NCBI GenBank assembly: GCA_963712695.1
Contig: CAVQJD010000023.1
Span: 47,832-111,831, forward strand
Source of the DNA: an uncultured Gammaproteobacteria bacterium
GTDB lineage: Bacteria > Pseudomonadota > Gammaproteobacteria > UBA9214
Reading direction: 5' to 3'
DNA length: 64,000 bases
The notes beneath the pieces are model-generated. The model saw nothing but the letters and a program-made list of their open reading frames with translations. It was not told the origin of the DNA and made no database searches. Both the position numbers and the translations under genes were made by a program. Positions 42,716-52,365 of this stretch are shown in pieces; position 1 is the first letter of the stretch, and each line of letters starts with the position of its first letter.

Positions 42716-42872
42716 AGGTGGCTACCAGATCGCACTCGCATGACGCATTGCCCTCGTTTTTTGCCGCGCCTATTATCGCAAATACGAGGAATTAATCAGA
42801 GTGTCCTTAATTATTTACAAATACAAAACACAGATGAGTGCGTGTTAGCGCTGATGCAGGGAAATTCTGCAA

Positions 42873-43748
42873 CTAAGTACCAGGAGTGGCGGTGGCGTTT
42901 ACCCCCGCTACCGGATTACCGTTTATATCAAAGGCTTCAACAGATTGAGGGATCAGCCCGGTAATACCACCCGCCACATAAAACCTGAAATGCTGCATTT
43001 TACTCAAGCCGGTTCGAGTCGGTGTGACGATGACGCGCAGGGAATTCCCGTCATCTGTCCATGCAACACTTGTGACATCCCCTCTTGGATTGACAACATA
43101 GGGCCTGCCTGTGCCGCCCAGAGTCGCATCATCATTATGGATAAAATCTGCCTGCAGCGCATAGGGGACAGTGGTTCCGGTGAAATCAATGGTGTAGTGT
43201 TCAGCTCTTTCCATTGAATAAAGCATCTCAGGCAGCAACACACCCCCTTCATGGGTATCAAAGGTATTGGGTGAACCACCAACATCGACAACATCAACGG
43301 TAGCCGTATTCAAAACGTTTCCATTGGAAACCATTTCAACGGCATAGGTTCCTATGGGGAGCGTAGGCGGAACATCGTACACAACCATTGTTGTCCACCA
43401 GTCCTTGGACTGGAAAGCTAGGGTATTTTCCAATGCGGAATTATAAATATTAGCGAATGTGCCCAGACTCTGTCCGGTCCCACCACCTACAATGATCTTG
43501 GACACAGGATCAGGATAGAGATTAACCACTGCCCGTATTGCACTATCGCCGGGCAAATACGTTGTGCTCGCTCCACCCCCCAAAGGGGTAAACGTAATCG
43601 TGAGACTATCCCGGGAAACACCGGTCTTCATACCCACGGTATGTGATACCGTGTCTCCAGCTCGAACAGCGTTACTGTAAGTCTGCTTTCCGGAACATCC
43701 TGATAAAACAAAAAGTCCAGCCATAATTACAAGAGTTAAGTATTTCAT
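42873..43748 (-). CDS. lipoprotein, hypothetical
   Basis: Lipobox (FVLSGC) after the signal peptide. Beta-rich 291-aa protein with no recognised motif. Confidence 0.7.
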   Translation of the reverse strand: MKYLTLVIMAGLFVLSGCSGKQTYSNAVRAGDTVSHTVGMKTGVSRDSLTITFTPLGGGASTTYLPGDSAIRAVVNLYPDPVSKIIVGGGTGQSLGTFANIYNSALENTLAFQSKDWWTTMVVYDVPPTLPIGTYAVEMVSNGNVLNTATVDVVDVGGSPNTFDTHEGGVLLPEMLYSMERAEHYTIDFTGTTVPYALQADFIHNDDATLGGTGRPYVVNPRGDVTSVAWTDDGNSLRVIVTPTRTGLSKMQHFRFYVAGGITGLIPQSVEAFDINGNPVAGVNATATPGT

Positions 43749-43824
43749 TGTTTAGGATCTCCTGATATTGACCACCATAATCGCGTCACTAGTCGCAATT
43801 AGTTACAAATACAAGCGCATCGAG

Positions 43825-44178
43825 CTAATACTGCTGGTAGGATTTCTCCTCTTTGATCCTGGAGCCGGCTAATGCATTGATTTTCTGCTTGATTTTCGCG
43901 CGAAGATCGTTAGTTTTGTATACGCTGCGTGCCAATTGTATAAATTCTGCATCAAAATCACCGTCTCGCTCCTTGCCCCGAATCTGATCCTCTATTTCCC
44001 AAAGCTGTTCATTAACAGACCGCAGCTCTGCTGCAAGACTTGCGATCTCGGAAACCTTGCCAAGGCTGTCGATTCTAACCTGAGACAACAATTCCAGCTC
44101 AGCCTGCACATTCGACAATTTAACTGAATCACGAATACGCTCCGTCTTGATTTCGAGTATTGTTATCTTATCAATCAA
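43825..44178 (-). CDS. small coiled-coil protein, hypothetical
   Basis: 117 codons from the TTG at 44178. The frame is open back to 44229, and a strong AGGGAGG lies at 44221-44227 right after the upstream stop, so the true start may be non-canonical and further upstream. Confidence 0.55.
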   Translation of the reverse strand: MIDKITILEIKTERIRDSVKLSNVQAELELLSQVRIDSLGKVSEIASLAAELRSVNEQLWEIEDQIRGKERDGDFDAEFIQLARSVYKTNDLRAKIKQKINALAGSRIKEEKSYQQY

Positions 44179-44229
44179 CTCGCCAACTGAAATTTCAATT
44201 AAAATCGAAATGAGCAGGTACCTCCCTTG

Positions 44230-46221
44230 CTAGCTTAGTTTTTTAGTTAGGTCTTTTACGACGTCCTTGAACACACCAGCCCAATTTCCGGGCTCTGCCT
44301 GCCTGAACAGGCGCATTGTTGGATACCAGGGATTAGTCACCCCCGCTACCAGCCACCGCCAATCAGGTGAAGTAGAGAGCAGCGTCCATACCGGCCTGCC
44401 AAGCGCCCCGGCAAGATGGACAATGGAAGTATCGATGGATATGACCAAATCAAGATTTTCAATAACTGCAGCTGTATCTACAAATCGGGCACCGTGATCC
44501 AGGTCCATGTCAATACGATGAAGCTCAAATGGCTCCGTCAGCCCGTTTACCTGCTCAATGGCAGGGCCTTTTTGAAGAGAATAGAGGCTGACGCCTTCAA
44601 CCGCACACAAGGCCGAAAACGCCTGCAAAGGGCAGGAACGTACCGCCTCATTCGTATGCCTGGGACTACCCGCCCAACAAATTCCAATCTTGAACCGGGT
44701 ATCATTTTCCAGGCGGCTTTTCCATTTTTCAACCAGGCCCTGATCTGCCTTAAGGTATGGAATCTGCGCTGGTATGGTTTCGAGACGCGTATTGAAGATA
44801 TACGGCAGGCTCATCAAGTGGATCTGACAATCGAAGGATACATCGGGCACAGATTCCACCGTACTCCGCTCAATGAGCTGGTCATAACCTTCGCACCCCT
44901 GAAGTATCGGGCCCAGCTTGTTATGGCACTCAAAAATCACCCTTCCTCCACGCGCCTTTACCAAGGGTAAATAGCGCACAAACTGGAAAGTATCACCATA
45001 GCCTTGCTCGTCATGGACAAGGATCGTTCGACCATTGAGATCTTCACCCTTCCATACAGGCTGAATAAACGGGCGCTCGATATACTGTTCACCGCGCAAC
45101 CGCCATTCATATTCCCGCCACCCTGCTTCGAAGTCGCCTGTCAGCAGAGACACGAAGGATTTATTCCAGTGTGGATGAAAAAATTCCGGTCTGAATGCTA
45201 TCGCCTGGTCAAAGCTGGCGACTGCTGACCTGAATTCCCCGAGACGCTTTTCCAGTAATCCCCTGTTGTAATATGCCTCGGCATTTTCAGGTGCGAGCCT
45301 CAATGCACTGGCATAACTGGACATGGCTGCATCAAATTGCCCTTTATTCTGCAGTACATTGCCCAGATTAATCCATACCTCAACAACATCCGGCATAATG
45401 TCAATTGCCTTGCGGTAACAGGACTCTGCTTCATCATGCCTCGCAGTAAGCTCGTACACCTGCCCGAGCAACTGATGCGCGTGATAATATTGCTGGTTAC
45501 TCTGCAACACCTCCAGCAGCAGATCTTCCGCAGCCGACAAGTCTCCTTTTCCCATGAAGAGCCTTGCCACCCCAAGTTTTGCATCCACATGGTGACTGGA
45601 CTGGCGGAGCACATCGCGATAGGCTTTTTCAGCATTGCCGACATCTCCGGCTCGCTCATAAGCCAGCGCCAGAGTCATACGAATATCAATATTGCGGGAG
45701 TCTAGCTGGACAGCCTTGGAACTTACCTCGATTGCTTCAGAAAATCGTTCCATGGCTATAAGTGCATTTGCCAGATTCGAATACCCCTCTACCGCGTCTG
45801 GAGCAAGTCGTATCGCATTGCGGCCGGATTTCTCGGCTTCTTTATAGTAACCCAGCTTACCTTCGACACTCGCGAGTGTCGCCCAGATTTCACCATATTC
45901 AGGATCATGCTCAAGTGCTGTCTTCAGACAGCCCGCTGCCTCAGCCAGCTCGTCCCTGGCAATCAGGAGACGACCAAGTATCACGTTGGCCTCGACATTA
46001 TCATGCTCCAGCTGAACAGCCTGACGGCAGCAGGCAATAGCCTCGCCAACATTCCCAAGTTCACCATTAACTGCACCGAGCATTAACCATGCATCAGTGT
46101 TCGCAGCATCAATTCTGGTAATTTCTCTATACAGATTGATGGCTTCATTTACCTGTCCGCATTCAAGACAGTTCATCGCCTGATCAACCATTTCGGGAAT
46201 ATTTTTCTCCACTCTCTCCAT
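44230..46221 (-). CDS. TPR-repeat / GT9-like (heptosyltransferase-fold) glycosyltransferase
   Basis: About 340 aa of TPR repeats, then a GT9-like domain (ILVHDEQGYGDTFQFVRY, WAGSPRHTNE, IDTSIVHLAGALGRPVWTLL, PWYPTMRLFRQ). Confidence 0.8.
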   Translation of the reverse strand: MERVEKNIPEMVDQAMNCLECGQVNEAINLYREITRIDAANTDAWLMLGAVNGELGNVGEAIACCRQAVQLEHDNVEANVILGRLLIARDELAEAAGCLKTALEHDPEYGEIWATLASVEGKLGYYKEAEKSGRNAIRLAPDAVEGYSNLANALIAMERFSEAIEVSSKAVQLDSRNIDIRMTLALAYERAGDVGNAEKAYRDVLRQSSHHVDAKLGVARLFMGKGDLSAAEDLLLEVLQSNQQYYHAHQLLGQVYELTARHDEAESCYRKAIDIMPDVVEVWINLGNVLQNKGQFDAAMSSYASALRLAPENAEAYYNRGLLEKRLGEFRSAVASFDQAIAFRPEFFHPHWNKSFVSLLTGDFEAGWREYEWRLRGEQYIERPFIQPVWKGEDLNGRTILVHDEQGYGDTFQFVRYLPLVKARGGRVIFECHNKLGPILQGCEGYDQLIERSTVESVPDVSFDCQIHLMSLPYIFNTRLETIPAQIPYLKADQGLVEKWKSRLENDTRFKIGICWAGSPRHTNEAVRSCPLQAFSALCAVEGVSLYSLQKGPAIEQVNGLTEPFELHRIDMDLDHGARFVDTAAVIENLDLVISIDTSIVHLAGALGRPVWTLLSTSPDWRWLVAGVTNPWYPTMRLFRQAEPGNWAGVFKDVVKDLTKKLS

Positions 46222-46896
46222 CCTTATATATCTGCGTTTTTCTTATTGAGGCACTTTGATTCCGGCACAACAGGGCGATTGCCGGGCTTTATATTTGTAA
46301 CTTGACAGTATAACGCTACCCCGTAAGGTTACCCAATGGGAAGCAGGCGGCCTGTTGAATTAATGCCTGCAGTCCGAGACTGCCCTATATATTTACACTA
46401 TAGAATACAAGGGAAAGTAACCCTATTGAATTCTAAAACGCCAGCAGAGCGCGCAAATTAACTTCAAAATGAACCACCGTGAGTTGTCCCGGCTACTGCC
46501 TGATGCCAAAACGTTTTGACATCGAGCCCAGCACCAGTGACTGGCATTCTGCACCCAGCGGCCGCAATTCAATCGCAACGCCAGCGGCAACAGAATAGTT
46601 GCCTCCATACCGAAATATCTACTCGAGACTACTGATGGTGTGACCACCCAATGACTCCGGGTTTGCCAGCTACCGTAATAATTTCTGCCCTTCCAACATG
46701 ACCTGGCAAGTCGCATCGTAACGGCACCAGAGTATACTGTTGATTCGCAACTTCAAATCTGCTCTGATTATCTTCACCGGTTTTGCCCCTTTTTTGTCGT
46801 TTTTTATTGCTATAGCAACCGTACAAAACCAGAACTTCGCCCATCTCTCGATAAACATATTGCCTGCCTATCAAGCTTTAGTGACACCAGAGTTAG

Positions 46897-47949
46897 ATGA
46901 ATAAACTAGCAGATCTTGCAGTCAATCTGGCCGTAAGCGCTATCGCACTGCTGGCGATATTGGGCGTACTAGAAATGGGGATACTTGTATTTTTCTGGTT
47001 TCCCGGACTGAACAGTCTGCTTCCTGAAAATCTGCGTTACTACCCGATAAAGATCTATACATATCTTGATCGTCAACTTACAAGAGAGCTTGCTGTTTGG
47101 GACGAGGAACTGACCTATATTCTTAAACCGAATACTGTCATGGAGCATAGCAACCGTGAATTCAATGTGACTATATCAATAAATAATATCGGCGTCCGAG
47201 ATGACAATGACTCGCTTAAAAATCCAGATGTGGTCGTAGCCGGCGACTCCTTTGCAATGGGTTTTGGTGTTAGTCAGAATGAAACGTTTGCGCAGGTCAT
47301 TGAGCATGAAACAGGCCTGAAAGTACTGAACATGGGTATCGAATCTTACGGGACTGCCCGTGAAGTCATGCTGCTCAACAGAGTGGATACAGAAAACCTT
47401 AAATATCTTGTCATTCAGTATTGCCCCAACGACCTGGAGGAAAACTACAACTTCAACACAAATAACGGGAAGCTGACTAACATGAGCAAGGCGGACTTCG
47501 ATTCTACACTTAAGGGTTACATGGATGAACGGAATTATTATTTCGGCAAGTATCTACTATACTTGGCAAGAAATATAAAAAAGGAATCACTCCCTTTTAC
47601 AAGCAAGGAGGAAAAGAAATTATACAACCGTACGCATGCAAAAATGTTTCTGGATGCTCTCGCAAGAATCAAGGTTGACCTGAACCAGGCTCAATTGATT
47701 GCGTTTGATCTGGTGGATGAACACGCATCCTATATCCTGCAGCAACATCCTGATTACGACAGCGAACTATTTACTGAATTTGTGCGGGAGATGTCAGCCA
47801 ATCCGGACTACCCGGATTATATAAAGCAGATGAAGATATTCAATGCATCTGACCTGATTGGTGATACCGAGCGATACCATCTGGATGGTCATATAAATAA
47901 GGAAGGGCATGCAAAACTTGCACACACGATCATGCAGCTCATGCAATAA
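46897..47949 (+). CDS. membrane-anchored SGNH/GDSL-type hydrolase
   Basis: N-terminal TM. Block I is VVAGDSFAMGFG and block V is DGHINKEGH. Confidence 0.7.
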   Translation: MNKLADLAVNLAVSAIALLAILGVLEMGILVFFWFPGLNSLLPENLRYYPIKIYTYLDRQLTRELAVWDEELTYILKPNTVMEHSNREFNVTISINNIGVRDDNDSLKNPDVVVAGDSFAMGFGVSQNETFAQVIEHETGLKVLNMGIESYGTAREVMLLNRVDTENLKYLVIQYCPNDLEENYNFNTNNGKLTNMSKADFDSTLKGYMDERNYYFGKYLLYLARNIKKESLPFTSKEEKKLYNRTHAKMFLDALARIKVDLNQAQLIAFDLVDEHASYILQQHPDYDSELFTEFVREMSANPDYPDYIKQMKIFNASDLIGDTERYHLDGHINKEGHAKLAHTIMQLMQ

Positions 47950-48673
47950 GTGGCACACGATAACTTTTGACAGGCTCCTATTGGCCAGCAAAAATCACGC
48001 ATGCAGCAACCGGGCCTATACAAACGAAAACCGGTTCAGATTGACTCAATGCTTCCCTTCCGGCGAGCCGGCTAAACAAATAAGGTTACCCGCGCGTCTC
48101 AAGCCGGGACGGAAAGCGTAAATACTGGATAACACCCATACAAATTGAGTGTCGCCCGGCTTGCCTGACTGGCACACAAGAATCTGCAACAGGAGACACT
48201 CATCCGGTTTGATCCGAACAGCCTTTGGATGGTGATCAAGTTCCAATCATTCAGCTGCTGAAAGCCTCCGCAACAGCAAGCAGCACCCGCCTTCCGCCCT
48301 ACCCCGGCGCGGCACTCGGCACCACAACACAAAGCACCTTGCACGACACATGCCGTACCAATCGACCGAAAGAAAATACATGGACATGAATATTTTATTT
48401 AATTTTTCAAATGCTTACTATTATTCTTATGCAAAATAACCAGGCCCTCCACCGTAACCGGGGCATGCCCCGCGGTCACAAAGACAGAATCGAGTAATTG
48501 CGAACCATTAGCCGCCGTATTTTTACAAAACATTCCTTTGAGGGCATCAAACTGATTTGTTATCATCCGGCGATTGTTCAACTTAAAAAGATCAAGAATC
48601 TATACATGTTGCATACGTTTACCGTCTGGTAATTTACAGAATATTACAAATATCCAGTGTCTGGAGGATCCAC

Positions 48674-50011
48674 ATGGGCATGTTTAGCAAGAAGGTAGTC
48701 TCATTTGCATCATCACTTGTATTTTTGGGGGCATTTACTCAAACCGCCTTCGCCACCAACGGCTCATTTCTAATAGGTTACGGCGCAAAAAGCCGTGGTA
48801 TGGGTGGCGCTGGAGTCGCATATGCGCAGGATTCTCTCGTAAGCGCTACAAATCCGGCAGGTATGTCTGATGTCGGCATCCGCTTCGACGGCGGCCTGAT
48901 GATATTCAATCCAGAACGCAGTGCATGGGTGCCTGGCTTTTCCGGTAAATCCGAGATTGACAGCGGCGCCACCATCTATGCAATACCTAATATTGGCTTC
49001 AATTATCCCTTTAACAGGAAACTCACCGTGGGCTTTGCTTTTGTTGGCGCCGGTGGCGGCGGCACCCGCTACAATGAAAATTTCTTCGATTTCGGCAACC
49101 CGGCCAATCTGGGGCCGACACTCGGCGTGAATCTGGCACAGGCCATCATGTCCCCATCCTTTGCATACAATGTCACCAAGAAGCAAAGCATCGGGGCGAG
49201 CCTACTACTCGGGATACAGACCTTCAGGGCCTTCGGACTGGATGCATTCGGGGATGCTGGCTTTTCTATCGACCCAGACAATCTGACATCGCGTGGCAAT
49301 GACTGGTCGTATGGTGCAGGTGTAAGATTTGGATGGCGAGGCAAATTCTACGATGACAAACTCACTCTGGGCGCCGTTTATTCCTCGCGAATGTACATGA
49401 CAAAATTCGACAAGTATAAGGGGCTATTTGCCGAGCAAGGCGATGCTGACATTCCCGAGCAATATGCCATAGGGTTGGCTTTCAAAGCCACTGACAAGGC
49501 GACTGTGGCTTTTGATATCCAGCGGATCAATTACGGTGATATCGCCTCCTTCAGCAATCCCGGTCCGATCAGGTTTCTTCCACTGCCTACAGCAGCAGAT
49601 GAACGACTCATGGGTATGAATAACGGCCTGGGATTTGGGTGGCAGGATATGACCATTTACAAGCTCGGCTTGAACTATGACTACAATGATAAATACAGTT
49701 TCCGTGCCGGCTGGAACTATGGCAAGAAGCCAATGTGTGATGGAGGCACATATAACAACATTGACGGCATTACATCACCGGTAGACAAATGCAGCGTGGA
49801 TATACTTGCCAATACGTTGGCACCTGCTGTCGTGGAGCACCATCTGACACTCGGCATGTCCTACCGGCCCAGCAAGAAAGTGGAATGGACCGTTGGTCTC
49901 ATGCATGCATTCAGAGAGGATGTTGTTAAATTCAACGACTTTTCCGGTGATAACATCAAGATCAGCATGAACCAGTGGGCTGGTGATCTATCATTTGGAT
50001 ATAACTTCTAA
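48674..50011 (+). CDS. outer-membrane transport protein, OmpP1/FadL/TodX family
   Basis: Signal peptide, an N-terminal hatch-like GYGAKSRGMGGAGVA motif, beta-barrel periodicity, and a terminal aromatic (...SFGYNF). Confidence 0.85.
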   Translation: MGMFSKKVVSFASSLVFLGAFTQTAFATNGSFLIGYGAKSRGMGGAGVAYAQDSLVSATNPAGMSDVGIRFDGGLMIFNPERSAWVPGFSGKSEIDSGATIYAIPNIGFNYPFNRKLTVGFAFVGAGGGGTRYNENFFDFGNPANLGPTLGVNLAQAIMSPSFAYNVTKKQSIGASLLLGIQTFRAFGLDAFGDAGFSIDPDNLTSRGNDWSYGAGVRFGWRGKFYDDKLTLGAVYSSRMYMTKFDKYKGLFAEQGDADIPEQYAIGLAFKATDKATVAFDIQRINYGDIASFSNPGPIRFLPLPTAADERLMGMNNGLGFGWQDMTIYKLGLNYDYNDKYSFRAGWNYGKKPMCDGGTYNNIDGITSPVDKCSVDILANTLAPAVVEHHLTLGMSYRPSKKVEWTVGLMHAFREDVVKFNDFSGDNIKISMNQWAGDLSFGYNF

Positions 50012-50084
50012 TAGCGCTTGCAGACAAACCATCAGTTAACTCACGACTTGCCTTGCCAACCCAGTGAGTGTGGAGGATATTTTT

Positions 50085-51356
50085 GTGAAACAGAATAAAA
50101 CGCTAACAAGTACACTCTTTGCGCTCGGTATTGCTGCGACACAGCTGCCTCTACTACAAGCAGCCCCGATTATCGAACTCAGGGTAACCGGCGGTCAATT
50201 TCATATGGGTGTTTTTACCCCAACTGGCCCGGTACCGTATAGTTTTACCGACAGTAGCTACAATCTTATCACGGACTTTCCCACAACGATCGGCTGGGAC
50301 ACCACAGCGGGTAACACATCGGCCCAACCCGGCACTATCGTGGCATTCGACTTTGGTAGCCCATTTGTCAACACATTCAACACTACCTGTGACCCACAAG
50401 TAGTTGATGACTGTATCAACAATCCCCACACCCCGGTTACAGGTACGGTCAATGGTACATCCCTGATTATCGCCGACGGCGATCCGATCACGGTCGACAT
50501 CAATGCCATGTATGCAAACTGGAACGGCGTAAACTTTAACCAGGGCGGCACAACCGGAGCAGGAATTGCCTATCCGGGGGCAGCATTCGAGTTCCCCTTT
50601 ACCAGCACGGTCAGTAATGTCGACCCCGTAGCAGGCACGTTTAACTATGACATGACCTGGCAATCCCTGATTGTTGGTGGTCCGTTCAATGGCCAAACTG
50701 GTACCTGGCGGTTTACCGGGACCGGCGTCGTTGACCTGACAGGACCTACAAATGACCCGAAAACAGACCCCGGCTTGACATTATTAAATAATAATTTCGC
50801 CACGATCATGCTGACCTCCACCCAGGTTGCGGCATCCTACCCGCTGCCAACCACACACAGTCCCTGCACGGATTGCTGGGACTGGACGGTTACCGGTCTT
50901 GCCGCAAACGGTGACAGTGCACGGGTTGTGCTGCCGCTCTCTTCAGGATTCCCGGCAGGTGGTGAAGTCCTGAAGTATGACAGTGTGGCGTTAGCATGGG
51001 TGCCTTTTGACACCAGTACCGGTGATTCGGTCAGCTCTGCTCCGATTGCCGGCGGTATCTGCCCGGAGACGGGGGATCCCTCGTACGTCACCCCCCCCCA
51101 AACCGGTCATGTCTGCATCCAGATCGATGCCACCGATGGTGCCGCGAACGACGATAGCGGCCTGGATAGTGCGATCGTTGACCCGGGCGGCATATTTGTA
51201 CCGCTAGCAGTCAAGCCAGTGACGCAGATCAAAGACGGAAGTGCATGCAGTCTTGGCAATCGAAATGCTGGCCCGGCACAGGCTGCGGAATGGCTGCTAC
51301 TTGCTGGCTTCCTCGGCTGGCTGGGGATGCGCCGCAAGGAAACATACCGGCGCTAG
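50085..51356 (+). CDS. secreted protein, paralog of 37613..38209 with an extra domain and a different C-terminal anchor-like tail
   Basis: ORF 50064..51356. Preferred start is the GTG at 50085, 7 nt after GGAGGA. Shares VTGGQFHMGVFTP, NWNGVNFNQGG and WQSLIVGGPFNGQTGTW with the 198-aa protein. The C-terminus reads ...DATDGAANDDSGLDSAIVDPGG...CSLGNRNAGPAQAAEWLLLAGFLGWLGMRRKE. Confidence 0.75.
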   Translation: MKQNKTLTSTLFALGIAATQLPLLQAAPIIELRVTGGQFHMGVFTPTGPVPYSFTDSSYNLITDFPTTIGWDTTAGNTSAQPGTIVAFDFGSPFVNTFNTTCDPQVVDDCINNPHTPVTGTVNGTSLIIADGDPITVDINAMYANWNGVNFNQGGTTGAGIAYPGAAFEFPFTSTVSNVDPVAGTFNYDMTWQSLIVGGPFNGQTGTWRFTGTGVVDLTGPTNDPKTDPGLTLLNNNFATIMLTSTQVAASYPLPTTHSPCTDCWDWTVTGLAANGDSARVVLPLSSGFPAGGEVLKYDSVALAWVPFDTSTGDSVSSAPIAGGICPETGDPSYVTPPQTGHVCIQIDATDGAANDDSGLDSAIVDPGGIFVPLAVKPVTQIKDGSACSLGNRNAGPAQAAEWLLLAGFLGWLGMRRKETYRR

Positions 51357-51381
51357 AACTGCTGCAAGGTTTTGCACGAAA

Positions 51382-51412
51382 AGGCGCAGTCAGCAATGAC
51401 TGCGCCTTTTTT
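51382..51412 (+). terminator. rho-independent terminator
   Basis: GGCGCAGTCA, loop GCAA, TGACTGCGCC, then T7. Lies 26 nt after the stop at 51356. Confidence 0.85.
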
Positions 51413-51541
51413 TAGGGATACTTAGCTGTTTGGAACAAGCACCATGATATTGACGCGCCGACAGCTATCTGTTCCAATGATGCAAATTGTTTACAATTCA
51501 GACTCTTGGTTGTTTCATCATCACCCTGGGAAATAATTGCC

Positions 51542-52102
51542 ATGACAAGATCCTATATTGCTTTGCTGGTAACGATACTGTCCTTTGTCAGCCAATCCTA
51601 GACTGCGAGTGCAGACGAGACTGTCTATCGGATTCAGCCCGGAGACATCCTGGACATCTCGGTCTGGAAGGAAGAAGACCTGATTCGACAGGTTCTGGTG
51701 CGTCCGGATGGAGGAATTTCATTTCCGCTGGCCGGTGATCTGCAGGCGGCCGGCAGATCGATTGCTGAACTGCAGAGTCTGATCATCGAACGTCTCGAAA
51801 AATACATCCCTGATCCGCTGGCTACGGTTGCGGTACTCAAGCTGGACGGGAACAAGGTGTATGTCATCGGCAAGGTGGCGCGGCCGGGTGAGTTTATTGC
51901 CAACCGGTACCTGGATGTCGTCCAGGCGTTGAGTATGGCCGGCGGCATGACCCCTTATGCCGCGGCCAACAAGATATCGATCCTGCGCCGGACCAATGGC
52001 AAGCTGACATCCATACCGTTTAAATATGGCGACATAGAGAAGGGAGATAACCTGCAGCAGAATATTATTCTGCAGAGCGGGGATGTGGTGCTGGTTCCGT
52101 GA
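51542..52102 (+). pseudogene. polysaccharide export protein (Wza-like periplasmic type) with an in-frame TAG in the signal peptide
   Basis: ATG at 51542 gives MTRSYIALLVTILSFVSQS, then TAG (51599-51601), then TASADETVYRIQPGDILDISVWKEEDL...SLBB-like C-terminus, all in one frame. The track ORF starts only at 51698. Confidence 0.8.
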
Positions 52103-52175
52103 GGTGAAACGTGAAACGTGAAACGTGAAACGTGAAACGTGAAAAATCATAATGGCCACGGAAGCACACGGAATA
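52098..52175. repeat. repeat locus 8 (H array + B box)
   Basis: CCGTGAG contains the export-gene stop. Six heptamers GTGAAAC follow (52104-52145), then a two-copy CACGGAA box (52152-52175). Confidence 0.95.
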
Positions 52176-52365
52176 ATATTTAAGAAAAGACCTTTTTGAT
52201 ATTTTGGCAGCGAAGTCAAAATAATTGCTTAACAATAGCTACTGCGTATTTCTCCGGGCTGGATTCCCGCTTTCGCGGGAATGACATCTTGAGTATGGGA
52301 TTCCAGGACTGTTTTGACAGTGTGGAAATATTAAATTTACGCAGCGTCCAAAGAGCCATTGCCAT

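Noticed and set aside
46423-46874. Two overlapping minus-strand ORFs (46423..46716, 46629..46874) in the divergent gap between the TPR-GT9 and SGNH genes.
   Set aside because: There is no start context and no recognisable motif. They overlap each other in different frames, and the region is more likely a divergent promoter zone.
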